DNA from: Octopus sinensis
Lineage: Eukaryota
DNA: 64,000 nucleotides
Reading direction: 5' to 3'
Assembly: GCF_006345805.1 (NCBI RefSeq)
Contig: NC_043015.1
Coordinates: forward strand, 16,492,001-16,556,000
In this document: positions 12,275 to 24,800 of the stretch, one piece after another
Position numbering within the stretch: the first letter of the stretch is position 1
Layout of the letters: each line of letters starts with the position of its first letter
Position numbers and translations under genes: made by a program
The notes under the pieces: model-generated
Told to the model about the DNA's origin: nothing
What the model saw: only the letters and a program-made list of their open reading frames with translations
Database searches by the model: none

Positions 12275-13610
12275 TATCACCCAGTCAGTCTCACTAGCTG
12301 TATTGCAAAACTGATGGAATCATGTGTCAGAGAAACACTTTGGAACTTCTGGAGCTCTCACAGTCTCATCCGACCCTCACAATATGGATTTGTCCCTAAC
12401 TCCAGCTGCAGTGATCAGCTTGTTGAGTTCCTTGAGGACATTACTCAGATCACTGACAGTGGCTCATGGGTGGATGTTGTCTACCTTGACTTTGCTAAGG
12501 CTTTCAACTCTGTGCCACACAAAAGGCTTATGGTGAAACTCTCTGCAATGGGTGTGAGGGATGATCTTTTTAACTGGTTGAAATCCTTCATTCTCAGCCG
12601 AAAGGAGGTAGTTACAGTTCTAGGACAGCATTCTACACCATATGAGATGTCATCGGGTGTACCACAGGGATCTGTCCTTGGTCCCCTCTTGTTTGTGGCA
12701 TACATTAATGACATAGATGCCAATTTAAAGAATGCCACAGTATTGAAATATGCAGACGACATCAAGCTGTACCTAGAAATCAAGAGGACAGATCCTGTTG
12801 TCTACAGCTCTTTCCTGTAATCAGACCTGGACACAATGCAGCAATGGATCACAGACTGGCAACTGAAACTGGCTGTGGACAAGTGTACCACCATGCATTT
12901 TGGGAGAAAAAACCCTGCGTCCACATACTCCCTCCACAACACTGATATCAAGAAATCCTCTTGTGAGCGTGACCTAGGCATCACTGTCAGCAGTGATTTG
13001 CGTTGGACAAAGCATATCTCTGAAACTGTCAAGAAAGCCGAGGGTGACTTGGCTTCACTCAGCAAGACTTTTGTTAGCCGCTCTCCAGCCATCTATTTAA
13101 AACTGTATACAGCTATGGTACGACCACACTTGGAATTCACATCATCAGTTTGGAACCCCTATCTTGCTCAGAACATTGACCTCCTGGAATCTGTTCAGAG
13201 ATGTGCAACCAAACGCATACCCTCCATCAGACACCTACCATACTCTGAGTGCCTTGTTTTCCTGGGCATGGATTCACTGAAGCTCCGGCGTCTGGCGATG
13301 GACTTGGTAAACACCCACAAAGTTATCAACCACCTCACCAACAACACTGAACACCTTTTTGATCTTCATGTGTCTAACACACGTGGACATGCCTACAAAG
13401 TCAGAAAACAACACAGCTCCCATGACTTTCGGAAACATTTTTTCACGCTCAGAGTTGCTGAAGCATGGAACAAACTGCCTGCGTCAGTTGTTGACTGCGA
13501 TGACACTGCATCCTTTAAGGCCCTCATGCTTTCCGAAATCCGCCGAAACTACACCTGATTATACATACACTTTAGATGAGTTGTAGTACACCTGAGCACT
13601 GTACACAATG
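12275..13610 (+). mobile_element. 5'-truncated CR1-type LINE, copy 2
   Basis: ORFs 12314-12820 and 12836-13558 are collinear RT pieces (QYGFVP, LDFAKAFNSVPH, GVPQGSVLGPLLF, YADDIKL, RPHLEF, RGHAYK) split by one TAA. Ends in an (ATT)n tail. Confidence 0.95.
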
Positions 13611-15164
13611 TTTTTATTATTATTATTTCCTCCTAAAATTTCTGGCCTTATACCAAAATTAGAATGAATCGTTATTATGGCAGAATTGTTAGTACATCAA
13701 ACAAAATGCTTAGCAGCATTTCTTCTGGTATTATGTTCTGAGTCTGCCTATTTTCAAAAACACATAAACAAAGAACCAATTTATAAACCAGCAAATAGTA
13801 AGAGGCCATAACATAGTTTTATTTGAAACCATTTCACTCAGATTATGTGGTTAATGCTTTAGAAAAAAGCATGGATATTATATTTCCATTTCTTCTCACT
13901 TATAAATACAGAAACTCTGTATTGTATTTTGTAAGCAACAATGTTGTTGATACAGGTTTCCAATGGGCCACATACTGGCTCAATGTATTTCTGATATTGG
14001 GAGTGATGAGGTGTTTATATAACCCAGACAAGCACTGTTTGGGAACAAATACCAATAAATACTTTTATTTGAAAGCATTGAGTTATTAGTCTTCCAACAA
14101 TGTTTATGTCTACACTATCAAAAGATATATGCAGACTGCATATGTGCATGCGCACACACACACATATAGCAAGCCACCACCACCAAATTCCTCTCACAGG
14201 GTATTGATCAATGTTACAGTAGAAGACACTTGTCACATAACAGGATCATACCAGGAACTGCAAAGTGAATTCCTCACCACACAATGTTCATTTTGTCTCA
14301 AAAGAAATCACTATGTTACAAATGCCTTGTGTTATATTTACTGAATTGAATTTTATGTTTAAACCACTTAGAATTCACAAAGCAAGAAGATTAATACTCA
14401 GGTGTTGCTAGAAAAATGTTAATCACCAAACATGTTTCTTGTGAAACGAAAACAACATTTGCTTTAAAAATAGTTATGCTTTTATGTGACTTCTGGAAAA
14501 ACAAGGAATTGCTGAGAAGCTAACCCTCACCTTTGATATGTTGACATTGGCAATCATGAGTTCCCTCAATAAACATATCATGTATAAGATGAAAGACCAG
14601 ATGGCCAGCTTAGGAATAATTCTTTTAGAAATTTTCCTGCAAAGAAAATGAAGCCCATTATCTGTACCATTACTCTTTGGAGAAAATATCTCCATGCTGT
14701 ATGGATATGTGCAAAAAGAATACCTTTAAAATTCATCACATAAAAACACATTGAATGTAATGAAAAAAATAATAATAAAGGAACCATGATATAAACACAC
14801 ACACATATAAAACGATGTACTAAATAATGAAGTCAATACCCAACTGAGTATACACGAAGGTTTTAGCCGTTTTCATTAAATGAGAAACACTTTCGAATGA
14901 TCGTTGATAAATAGAGAATATAAAAATTAAAATAAAAAAACTTTCACAGAGATTGAGAGAGAATTAATATCAGCCCAAATAGTAAAACTGGTTTTAAATG
15001 TTTTTGCTCATGGATATATAATGCCATAGTTAACACTGAACGTCTACGTACCTAATGCAGTGAGCAAAATTTGTTTAATTAATCTATTTAGCCTTTGCGG
15101 CTGAATGCGAAGTTTGATTAAGGGGAGGCAACTCAATTGATTAGAATTATTCCCATAAGGTGCT

Positions 15165-15345
15165 AAAAACTTGGTTTCAAATATTGGCACCAAGACCAGC
15201 AATTTCGAGTCGATTACTTAGATTCGGCTCCGAAAGAATGAAAGACAAAGTCGATCTCGTCAGAATTTGAACTCAAAATGTGAAGACGCACAAAATAACG
15301 CTAAGTATTTTGCCTACCGTGCAAACGGTTCTGCTAGCTTGCCGC
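15165..15345 (-). mobile_element. SINE family A
   Basis: Reverse complement of the family A core (gaatgaaagacaaagtcga...gaatttgaactc...ctagcttgccgc). Confidence 0.75.
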
Positions 15346-15387
15346 TTTAATGAATTGCTCTTATTAAACATGTGTAAATACCGCCAT

Positions 15388-15510
15388 AGTCGACTTTGCC
15401 TTTCATGCTTTCGAGATCGATAAAATAAGTACTAGTTAAGCACTGGGATCGATGTAATCGACTTAACCCTTTCCTCGAACTTACTGGCCTTGTTAAAAAA
15501 TTTAAAACCA
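15388..15510 (+). mobile_element. SINE family A, 3' half
   Basis: gtcgactttgcctttcatgctttcgagatcgataaaataagtactag...actggccttgtt. Confidence 0.75.
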
Positions 15511-16602
15511 ACAAGTGTTGTATCCCTGGGGGGTGAAATATTATAGGGGATACAATCCATTCTAGATTAAGTTGAGGCAGACTTGGGCGTTTAAAATTTT
15601 GAATCACTGTGTAAGCTTTTCTTTGGCAAGCATGGTGCTTTAGTCATATTTCAGTCTTATTAGATGAACTCGGTAAACCATAGTCTTTTCTTTACTTATC
15701 AAACTAATAAGAGAATCAAAATTTGTATATACTCATAAAGGTCAGACTACAGCTGATAATTTCCTCTTCATATGTAATTACAGTTTAAATTTTGATTTTT
15801 TATTACCCACAAGGAGCCAACGAAGAGGGGGACAATACAATCTGATTTTGGGGACAGATGAGCGAATGGTTATACAAAAAAATGACATTAAAAATTTTAC
15901 AAAAATAAGAAAATATAATAAAATCGAATGGTAGGAAGACATTACGGATGGAGGGGGGGGGTTAATTCGCATCCCAGGAGCCCCGTTCGCCACTGATACA
16001 CGAGTTACATCCTGTGTCGCATTCATGAAGTTCCATCTACACGCAACATCCATGCTACATTCTTCCATCGATTTTCAAACATTTTCACAGTCAGGCATTT
16101 TCTCTCTTGCCCTATTTTACTTTTAAGGTGAAAGGTGAAGTAATTCACCAAGTCAGCGCCAGAGATGCAAGTGCCTGACTTTAACCCTTCCAGCCTCGTT
16201 CTCCAAATTACCTCATGTAATTCCAATTTAAATTGAGATTTCGGAGTTACCTCCCCTATTTCATTTACTTAATGAACCTGTTCCCACTTTTCCTCACTTT
16301 TTTCCTGCACCGTATTAATTTTTTTTTTAATCGGTAATTAATTACTTTTGTTTTTTCAATGCTCCCTCAGTTTTTTTTAAAAACTTGTAATTCCGAAGGT
16401 AACGACTTATCCAGTTTTCTCATTTTGTTACTGGAAATATATTTATAAAAAAAAAAAAACTTTTTTACGACTTCACGAATAAAGTTTTGAATTTTAAATT
16501 CTCATTAAAAGAATTTAGATTTTTAATATCTCAGAAGTAAAAGAATTGAATATAAGTTTCCATAACTACTGTTGTATTAACACTTTATGTTACTTAGTAT
16601 TT

Positions 16603-16652
<50 letters not shown>

Positions 16653-16874
16653 CGATAATTATTAAAAAATCATTGAATCATGGCAGAACAGTAACAGCAA
16701 ATTTCGTTGGAATACTACTACCTCACATGTCAAAATGACAATCTGGATAAGCTAGGGTTTTCAGAAAAAGAATACAAGTTATTACGTTTATGTATTTGTT
16801 TTGCAACATTCCTGATGTGAAATTGTGTGTTGAAACATTATTATATTTGGGGATAGTCGTGTTTAATTTTTTCA

Positions 16875-17969
16875 AATAACCACACAGACTACCGGCAGGG
16901 GACATACCTCTCAATGGTTGACTGTGGACCGGGGCGGTTGACCATATGGAGGGAGATGAAGACGGGGACTGCAGAAGAAATTGTGAAAGTATTGAATGAG
17001 ATATTCCTGGAACGAGGCCCCATGGATGAACTGCCTCTGGATAATGGCACTGCATTTCGCTCGGATGTGCTGAAAGAAATGCTTGATGGGTGGAAGGTCA
17101 ACCGCTTCTTCAGGGCGGCATACCGGCCAAGTGGAAATGAGGTGGTGGAAAGGCATCATCATACCATCAAGGCCATGGCAGAGAGGAGTCACATTTCACC
17201 AATCGAGGCTGTATTTTGGTACAATATGTCGCCCAGATCAGGACAGGCTGAGGAGTCGGTGCTACACAGGGCAATATTCAGGTATGAGTTGAGGCATCCG
17301 TGTACTGCGTCAATGCGACCCGGGGCAGAGGAAGAGCACGCCTTCGTGCAGGTTGGGGAAGAAGTTTGGGTAAAACCTCCAAACGCACGGTGTACATCAC
17401 CTGTAAATTCAAAGAATAACATCTCGGTCGATGGTATTCCACGCCACGTTTTGGATATATGGAGGATTGTCCATGCCTCAGAGGATGGGACCAGCAGCAG
17501 CGGGCAAGATGAAAACAACACTAGTAGACAGGATGATGAGGCCAGTGGCAACATGCCAGAAACCAGTCCTAGGGTCGCACTGCGACCACAGAGGGAACGG
17601 CACCCTCCTCCCTGGTTGGCTGATTATGAAACTAGTTAAGGTGTGAGTTCGGGAGCGGGGAGCGAGTGAGAAAGCCGGTTCAGTGATCTGTAGATCAGGG
17701 GGTGTGTGTGGTGTCGGTGGAGTGGACGACAGATAAGGGAGGGCGGAAGTAGGGCTTGCAGGGACCCGGTGCAAGACTGGAGGGCGCATGCGCGGGGGAA
17801 GCGGTCAAGGAGCACGCACGTGTGGTGATCAACGAAGGGGCAGTACGAGCTGAGACGACGAAGCGACTAGACGCATTGACTTTGCTGAGAGAGATCTGAT
17901 CTTCGCTGAGGTAAGGCCCATTGTATTTCCTTCTCTTTTTCTGTTGTCCTCTTCATCCGTCACACTACA
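16875..17969 (+). mobile_element. Gypsy-type LTR retrotransposon 3' part: integrase plus 3' LTR
   Basis: ORF 16914-17639 has the rve core (LDNGTAFRS, AYRPSGNEVVERHHHTIK) and VKPPNARCT. A purine-rich tract precedes a putative LTR at 17707-17969 bounded by tgtggtgt...acactaca. Confidence 0.88.
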
Positions 17970-18597
17970 CAACCTATAGAATTTTCTCAATAAAGCCAAG
18001 AGAAAATGATGTTTTATAAACACATTCTACCAGTATTTGAAGTTTAAAACTTTTTAGTTACCTAGAAATTATGTTACAAAGTGCCGTTCAAAAGGAAAAG
18101 CTCCTAAAGTTGTATAGTACGTGTGGTTAATTGGCAAAAAATATGACCACCCTCAAATATAAAATAGAAGGTAATTTGTACATTACAAATACAATCTGTG
18201 AGTGGAACAGTAAAAATATGCAAGACTTTTCTCAAATTTAAAATGTGACATTGTTTTTATTTACAATCCAGCGATGAAGTTTTTTTATCTTTGTTAGAAA
18301 CTTACTCCTTCATCAGAGGAGAGGATTTAAATAATTAAAAACAGAAGAGAACATACATGTGTGTGTATGTATATTAAGTACCTTCTCTATTATTCTTGAA
18401 AAGTTTTTACTCAGTCACTTATTTAATACTATTTACAAAATCATAACGTTTTTATGAACCACACTAAAGCCTGATCGAGATAATGATAAAATTCTGTATT
18501 CAATGAAGCAACACTAAAATAGTCAATTTTTGAGAGTGGAATTTTGATTGAGTGCTTGTCGTGCGTGTCACATTCAATAAGCACTCAATAAAATACC

Positions 18598-18795
18598 ACT
18601 CTAAAAGCACTTGACTGGAACCCGCAGGGGAAAAGGAAGCGAGGACATCCGAAGCAGACATGGAAGCGGAGCATTTTGGACGAGCTCAGGACCACCGGCC
18701 TGACATGGGAAGCAGCCAAGAAACACGCCAATGACCGCAAAAAGTGGAAAACAACTGTTGAGGCCCTATGTGCCACAAGGGGCAAAAAGGATTAA
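18598..18795 (+). mobile_element. RTE-clade LINE 3' end
   Basis: KALDWNPQGKRKRGHPKQTWKRS...ANDRKKWKTTVEALCATRGKKD*. Confidence 0.85.
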
Positions 18796-18913
18796 GAAAG
18801 TATGAAAAAGAATTTTATTGAGTAAAGAATAGACTCTCCAGAGTAAAAACATTGCAGTCCATTTCACGAACAGCAGTGAGAAAAAACAAACAGTAAATAT
18901 CCTATGATATAAT

Positions 18914-20880
18914 GGATCTTTTCGGTTTTGCTGCCAGCATTTCAAAAATTAAAGTTTACCGAAAATTTTAAAATTAGGCAAAATAATACACTTGCCCGAA
19001 ATGAATTACTGGAGTTATTTCATTTTTTCCAGAAAAACGTTTTTAAAATGTTAAAGAGGTTTAAAGTTTGATCATTTTCACCCAGTCAGGAAACAGGATT
19101 TGGAAGCTGTCATTTTGTGCATGACTGCACATTTTGTGGTCAGTATTTGTAAACAACACGTGTTCTGCCCCCGGTAATTTTCTTTGAAGTAAATAAATCT
19201 TATTTAGCTGTTATTTTTAGCACACTTCACAACCACCTCAATGCTCAATGACAAAAAGAAACAAACTTTTAAGCATTCAATATACATTTAATGCAAATGC
19301 GATGGACAACACGTTACATGCGATAAACCCATTACAATTTAAATATGCTTAAAAACAAACATTTAAGCATTCAATATGCATTTAATGCAAATGAGATGAA
19401 CAACACACTACATGCGATAAACACATTACAATTTTTAACAGAAAAATTTTGAAGAATTAGATGAAAGTTCCTCGGTGATTTTCTTTCATGCAAATAAATG
19501 TTTAGGCATTCAATGTTTATGTTAATTTTAAAATTTGCCAGTAAAATCTTATAAAATGACAATGTTTCAAAAGATGTACATGTTTATATATTATATATGA
19601 AATTAAGAGTGAACAAAATATGCTTAAAAAACAAACATTTAAGCATGCAATAAGCAACACATTACAAAATATTTTTTAGGTTGAAAACGAAAGTTAGAAA
19701 TGCATTCAACTGATTTTTCAAACAAATCACAATTTTCATACATCCTGTGCCACATAAATTCACAGAGACATGAATCTATCATAGAATGGTGAGTGCCACA
19801 GCGTTGTTTATAACCTCGCTTCACAGAGGCCCACGTACTCTCCACTTGTTGAGTGTGGGTACCATCTTTCAGGTTAACAAACCCAATGCTGTTGTTCACC
19901 GTTCTATGCCCAAAATTGTAGCCATCAATTTCAGGAATGTGAGTACACTCTCCACAAACCGTTGAAAATTGTGGTTCCTGGAAGAATCGAGTAATGTATG
20001 CATTCTTCCAGTGTGTCACGATTCCAACATGGCACTGCATATAGAGAAACCTGTCTGGGATCTTTTCCTTTTGAACGGCAGATGTCAACACAATTTCCAG
20101 TTAACTAAACACTTTTAAACTTCGTATACTGGTAGAATGTGTTTATAAAACATCATTTTTTCTTGGCTTTATTGAAAAAATTCTATAGTTTGTAAGATAT
20201 TTCGTCTGAAAATCCGAGCATTTCGGCAATTTTAACCAATCAAATACGTCCATTTGGAGTCAAAACATTCCGTGCTGTATGAATATGTCCTCGTCTAAGA
20301 AACAGATTGGGTTTATTTGCATTTGCGAAGAAAAAAAGATACCCATTCCCCATACCTAACCCTAACTCTAACTAAACCTAACCCTAAAATAGATTGAAAT
20401 GCAATAGATCGATACTGGGTTATAATTATGGGTGACATTTTCATTTGACACCGCTAGAAAAAAATCCCATTTTCCGTAGCGGTGTCGTATGAAATTGTCA
20501 CCCATAATTATGACCCTAGTATCGATCTATTGCATTTCAATCTATTTTAGGATTAGGGGTGGAGGAAGGGTATCTTTTTTTCTTCGCAAATGTAAATAAA
20601 CCCAATCTGTTTCTTAAACGAGGGACATATTCATACAGCACGGTATGGTTTGACTCCAAATGGGCGTATTTGATTGGTTAAAATTGCCGAAATACTCGAT
20701 TTTAAAGTGGAAATATGTTACAACATATAGAATTTTCTCAATAAAGCCAAGAAAAAATGATGTTTTATACACATTCTACCAGTATACGAAGTTTAAAAGT
20801 GTTTAGTTAACTAGAAATTGTGTTTACATCTGCCGTTCAAAAGGAAAAGATCCCCTGTCTGGTCATGCGACACATTCCTA
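18914..20880 (-). mobile_element. Merlin (IS1016/IS1595-like) DNA transposon remnant, interrupted by a palindromic element
   Basis: HRTVNNS..FVN...GTHTQQVESTW...KR...EFMW and, in an adjacent frame, GMCRMTRQVSLYAVP...ILPGTTIFNGLWRVY. Putative terminus ggatcttttc at 18914. About 110-bp internal tandem repeats at 19260-19430. Confidence 0.85.
20058..20853. mobile_element. 796-bp palindromic non-autonomous DNA transposon with 8-bp TSD
   Basis: Arms about 20058-20456 and 20477-20853 are near-perfect inverted copies. Termini ggatcttttcc/ggaaaagatcc. TSD cctgtctg at 20050-20057 and 20854-20861. Confidence 0.92.
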
Positions 20881-21126
20881 GGTCAAACTAAAGTATTTGA
20901 CCCGAGCAGAAAAAAAAATAGTGCAATAGGTGTACAACATGTAGTAAACGAATATGAAAAAAAATGCAACTCGGGTCAAACACTGGAGTTTAAAGGTCAA
21001 GGTCTGAATTTTCCGAGTCCCCTCCCCCGTTCGCCAGCACGCATTGTTTTTTCATATTCGTTTACTCCATGTACACCTATTGTACTATTTTTTTTTTGCT
21101 TGAGTCAAACACTTTAGTTTGACCCG
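20881..21126. mobile_element. Short palindromic MITE
   Basis: ggtcaaactaaagtatttgac...atatgaaaaa (about 20881-20968) is inverted at about 21040-21126. Confidence 0.7.
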
Positions 21127-21337
21127 AAAACCCACGACACAGTATCCTCTGTTTTCAATCTTTCCATTGTAGAAGCGAAGTTACTGGAGCTAGCTGCCAT
21201 AATCACACAAATACACGTGCTTCCTCGCAGATAAAAGACTATTAACCTATAAAAGCATATCGTTACACTGAATATGAAATCAATTTAAACAGAATTGATA
21301 CTGGCAGCCAAACAGAAGAGATCGGGGTTAATGTTTA

Positions 21338-22099
21338 CAACTTGACCCGGAAACGAAAATCAGAAAAAAAATAGTACAATGCGTGTAAAAAAAAATGTGT
21401 AGGAAACGAATATATGGGGAGAGCACTTCGGAAAATTCACAAGATCCAAGTTTTTCCCTCATAACTTTTAGGAAAATGGGGGTTTCTCAATGAAATTTTA
21501 TATATATACCTTTCAAGCAGCATACATTATGATTATAAAGAAATTTGAAGAGAAACTCTTTTCCAAGGGGGTGGGGAGAGGACTTCGGAAAATTCACAAG
21601 ATTCGAGTTTTTCCCTTGTAACTGTTAGGAAAATGTGGTTTTTTTTTGTTGAAATTTTATATATAAAATATATGTATATGTACAGACATGTTAGAATTTC
21701 CCCACAAATTACTTTATAATCGTAATGTATGCAGTTTGAAAGGTATTTATATAAAATTTCATTGAAAAAAAAACCCATTTTCCTAAAAGTTACAAAGGAA
21801 AAACTTGGATCTTGTGCATTTTCCGAAGTCCTCTCCCCACATCTTCGGAAAAGATTTTCCCCACAAATTACTTTATAATTGTAATGTATGCATAAGGTAT
21901 TTATATAAAATTTCATTGAAAAAAAAACCCATTTTCCTAAAAGTTATGAGGAAAAAACTAGGATCTTGTGAATTTTCTGAGGTCCTCTCCCCACCCTCCC
22001 GTTGCTTTACAAGCATTTTTTTTTATATTCGTTTCCTATACATTTTTTTTTACACCCATTGCACTATTTTTTCCTGATTTTCGTTTCCGGGTCAAGTTG
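21338..22099. mobile_element. Foldback-type MITE with internally repeated arms
   Basis: TA|caacttgacccggaaacgaaaatcag ... ctgattttcgtttccgggtcaagttg|TA. Each arm carries two copies of a ggggagaggacttcggaaaattcacaagat unit. Confidence 0.82.
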
Positions 22100-22855
22100 T
22101 AATGAAGTATAAAAGAATGAATAGAGAGTCAATATTTATATTCTGTAAAACTAATTTTTTTAGGGTAGAATTTTACAGGACCGCATCTTCCTAGTGTCTT
22201 TAAAGAGGGGTAATAAATTTACTTCTGGCTACTCAGTTCACTAAATGAAGAGTAATATTTATTTAAACGTTTTGGAAATATCTACTAACAAGGAGCATTG
22301 GCGGGTGTTTACGAAGAATGATAATGATATCCTTGATCATGAAGTACAAATGACTGAAGAATGAAAATGTTGAAGGTGGATGACGAGCTTTTGAATACAA
22401 CTATCTTTCGTCCATACAAATGTGCTTAAAATCTACATGTTTGGAATAGGAGACTCATATTACCAACTCAACAGAACAGTGAAGAGAAAATAAATAAACT
22501 GTTACTCATTAATAGTTAAAAAGGTAAATTCATTAACTGTGATGCATAAAGATTAAAACAAACTCTAATCCTTATAGGATATTAACATAGATTATTGTAT
22601 TTTAAAAGTAGTTGTGTAACAAAATATATTCATCACTCTCATGGTATGTATAGGTGTACCTGCATGTATGTACATGCACACACATCATCTCCCTATTTCT
22701 CATCAATCCACAGTTTTATTATTCTACTGCTCTCCACTCTTTCTTTCCTGTCAATCATCACTTCCTTCTTCCTGAGCCACTTTTATTTCTTATAACCTTC
22801 CCCACAAACCCATATTTACCATCAACCACACCTCCAGCTTTATTCACTACATGAT

Positions 22856-23175
22856 GTGTGGCACCTTGGGCAAGTGTCTTCTACTATAGCCTTGGGCCAA
22901 CCAAAGCCTTGTGAGAGGATTTGGTAGATGGAAACTGAAAGAAGCCCATTGTATATATATGTGTGTGTGTGTCATTATATCTTTGTTTGTTCCCTACCAC
23001 TGCTTGACAATCAGAGTTGGTATGTTTACATCCCCATAATATAGTGGTTCGACAAAAGAGACTGACAGAATAAGTATCAGGCTTAAAAGAAAAATAAATC
23101 CTGGGGTCAATTTATTTGATTAAAACCCTTCAAGGCAGTGCTGCAGTCAAATGACTCAAACAAGTAAAAAAACAA
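22856..23175 (+). mobile_element. SINE family B
   Basis: gtggcaccttgggcaagtgtcttctactatagcc...ggaaactgaaagaagccc...gtcaaatgactcaaacaag. Confidence 0.8.
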
Positions 23176-24289
23176 ACGATAAATCTATAACAAGAATGAT
23201 GTACTCATCATTAGTTTAGATTGCATTTGATAGCTAATATGTTATCCCAGTACAATGCATGTTAAATTTATCCCATACAGGTATCCCTTGCTATCTTAGT
23301 CAACTTTGGAACATTTTAGGATGATATCCATAATTGTGTGTGTGTATACACATGTATATGTATTTTACTGTTTTAATGAAAAACCTACATTTTATCAAGA
23401 GTTTATCAGAACTAATATACACCAATTCTATTCATATAATGAAAGAAGGGACAATATAGTAATTTTAAACATGGAACTATATGATTTCTGTTTGTTGGTC
23501 TTCATCAATGAATGCTAAGGATTATAGACAGGGTTATTAAAGCTTGCTGAAATGAACAGGCAGGAGATGGTTATCAGTAAGTGAAAGCCAAAAGTTAATC
23601 ATATCCATTAACAAAAGCTACAATTCCATTTAAGTTCTATCTTACCTGTAAATTTCCCAATATGGATAATCATTTATTTGTTTCATTGGAAAAAAGTGAA
23701 TTTTATTTATTGAAAGCTGATGATACATGACTACAGAATGACAATGTTTTAAAATATCTCCTGTAAGACTATACATGGGTGATTTAGATAGCTTCAGTAG
23801 AGGCAAAGAAAACAATTGAAGATGGACATTATTGGATTCTTTAAATTTTGAACTAAAAACTTTCATCAGTGCAAGAAGATAATTACTACTAACTGAAATG
23901 ATTAAGAACTATATTTTCAATTACAAAATTCATGTGACTGATAACAATTTCATTTCCAAGAGGTATAGATATTTTTTCATAGATCAGTATGGAACATGTA
24001 CAAGTATGTATGTAGTGAAGTATGTGCATACCTGCATGCATGTGTATGTGTGTTTGTGTAACTATTCAGGGATCTCAGTCAAGCCTGAATTTCATCCACC
24101 ATCATCACATATTAGCATAATTCCTTCCTGAGACATAAATACCTGATTATAATCTGAGACAGATAATTATCTATTTCAGATCCATCTCTACTCTCCAAGA
24201 TACACTCTTTAACTTTGCTTTGATAAATAATGCATGTATCTAAATAGAAACACTTACTGCTCTCTCTTGCATTTCAGCAACAATGATTT

Positions 24290-24800
24290 CCAGTTACTCT
24301 GGCTCAGAGACCCACAAAGTTCTTCGAAGTTCATCTGCTGCCTCTAACATTTCTCAAATAAATCTCCAGTTACCATCAACTCTTTCTCCAGCTGCCATCA
24401 CCTCATTTCATTTTGAAGTCATTGTAATTGGAGAGTTAAACGTACAAAACGTCTGCTGACTCAAGCCCTCCCTCCACATTAATACTGCTGGTGAACACTA
24501 AATTGTTTGCCATTCTGAACTGTCTCTCTTATCACTACAACATAGCTTCTTCTCCTCTGGACTAATGGATAGCATACTTTCTTCAACTAAGTCATGTGTC
24601 CTATCGTCATCTCATTCTCTCTACTTCACTTCTCAGACCTTGTAGCAACCCCATTTCCCACTCCTTCCTTCTTGGAACTGTAACCCTCTGAAATTCCTCC
24701 CCATTTCACAATTTTCCTACAGTTACTAACTTCCAGGTGTTCGAGCAGAACATCAACTACATCTCTCTAACCTATCAAGAACCTTCAAAGATCATGGATA
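24290..24800 (+). mobile_element. Possible old L2/CR1-like endonuclease fragment
   Basis: EVIVIGELNVQ resembles the APE motif ILGDFN. The surrounding sequence is C/T-rich and decayed. Confidence 0.3.
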
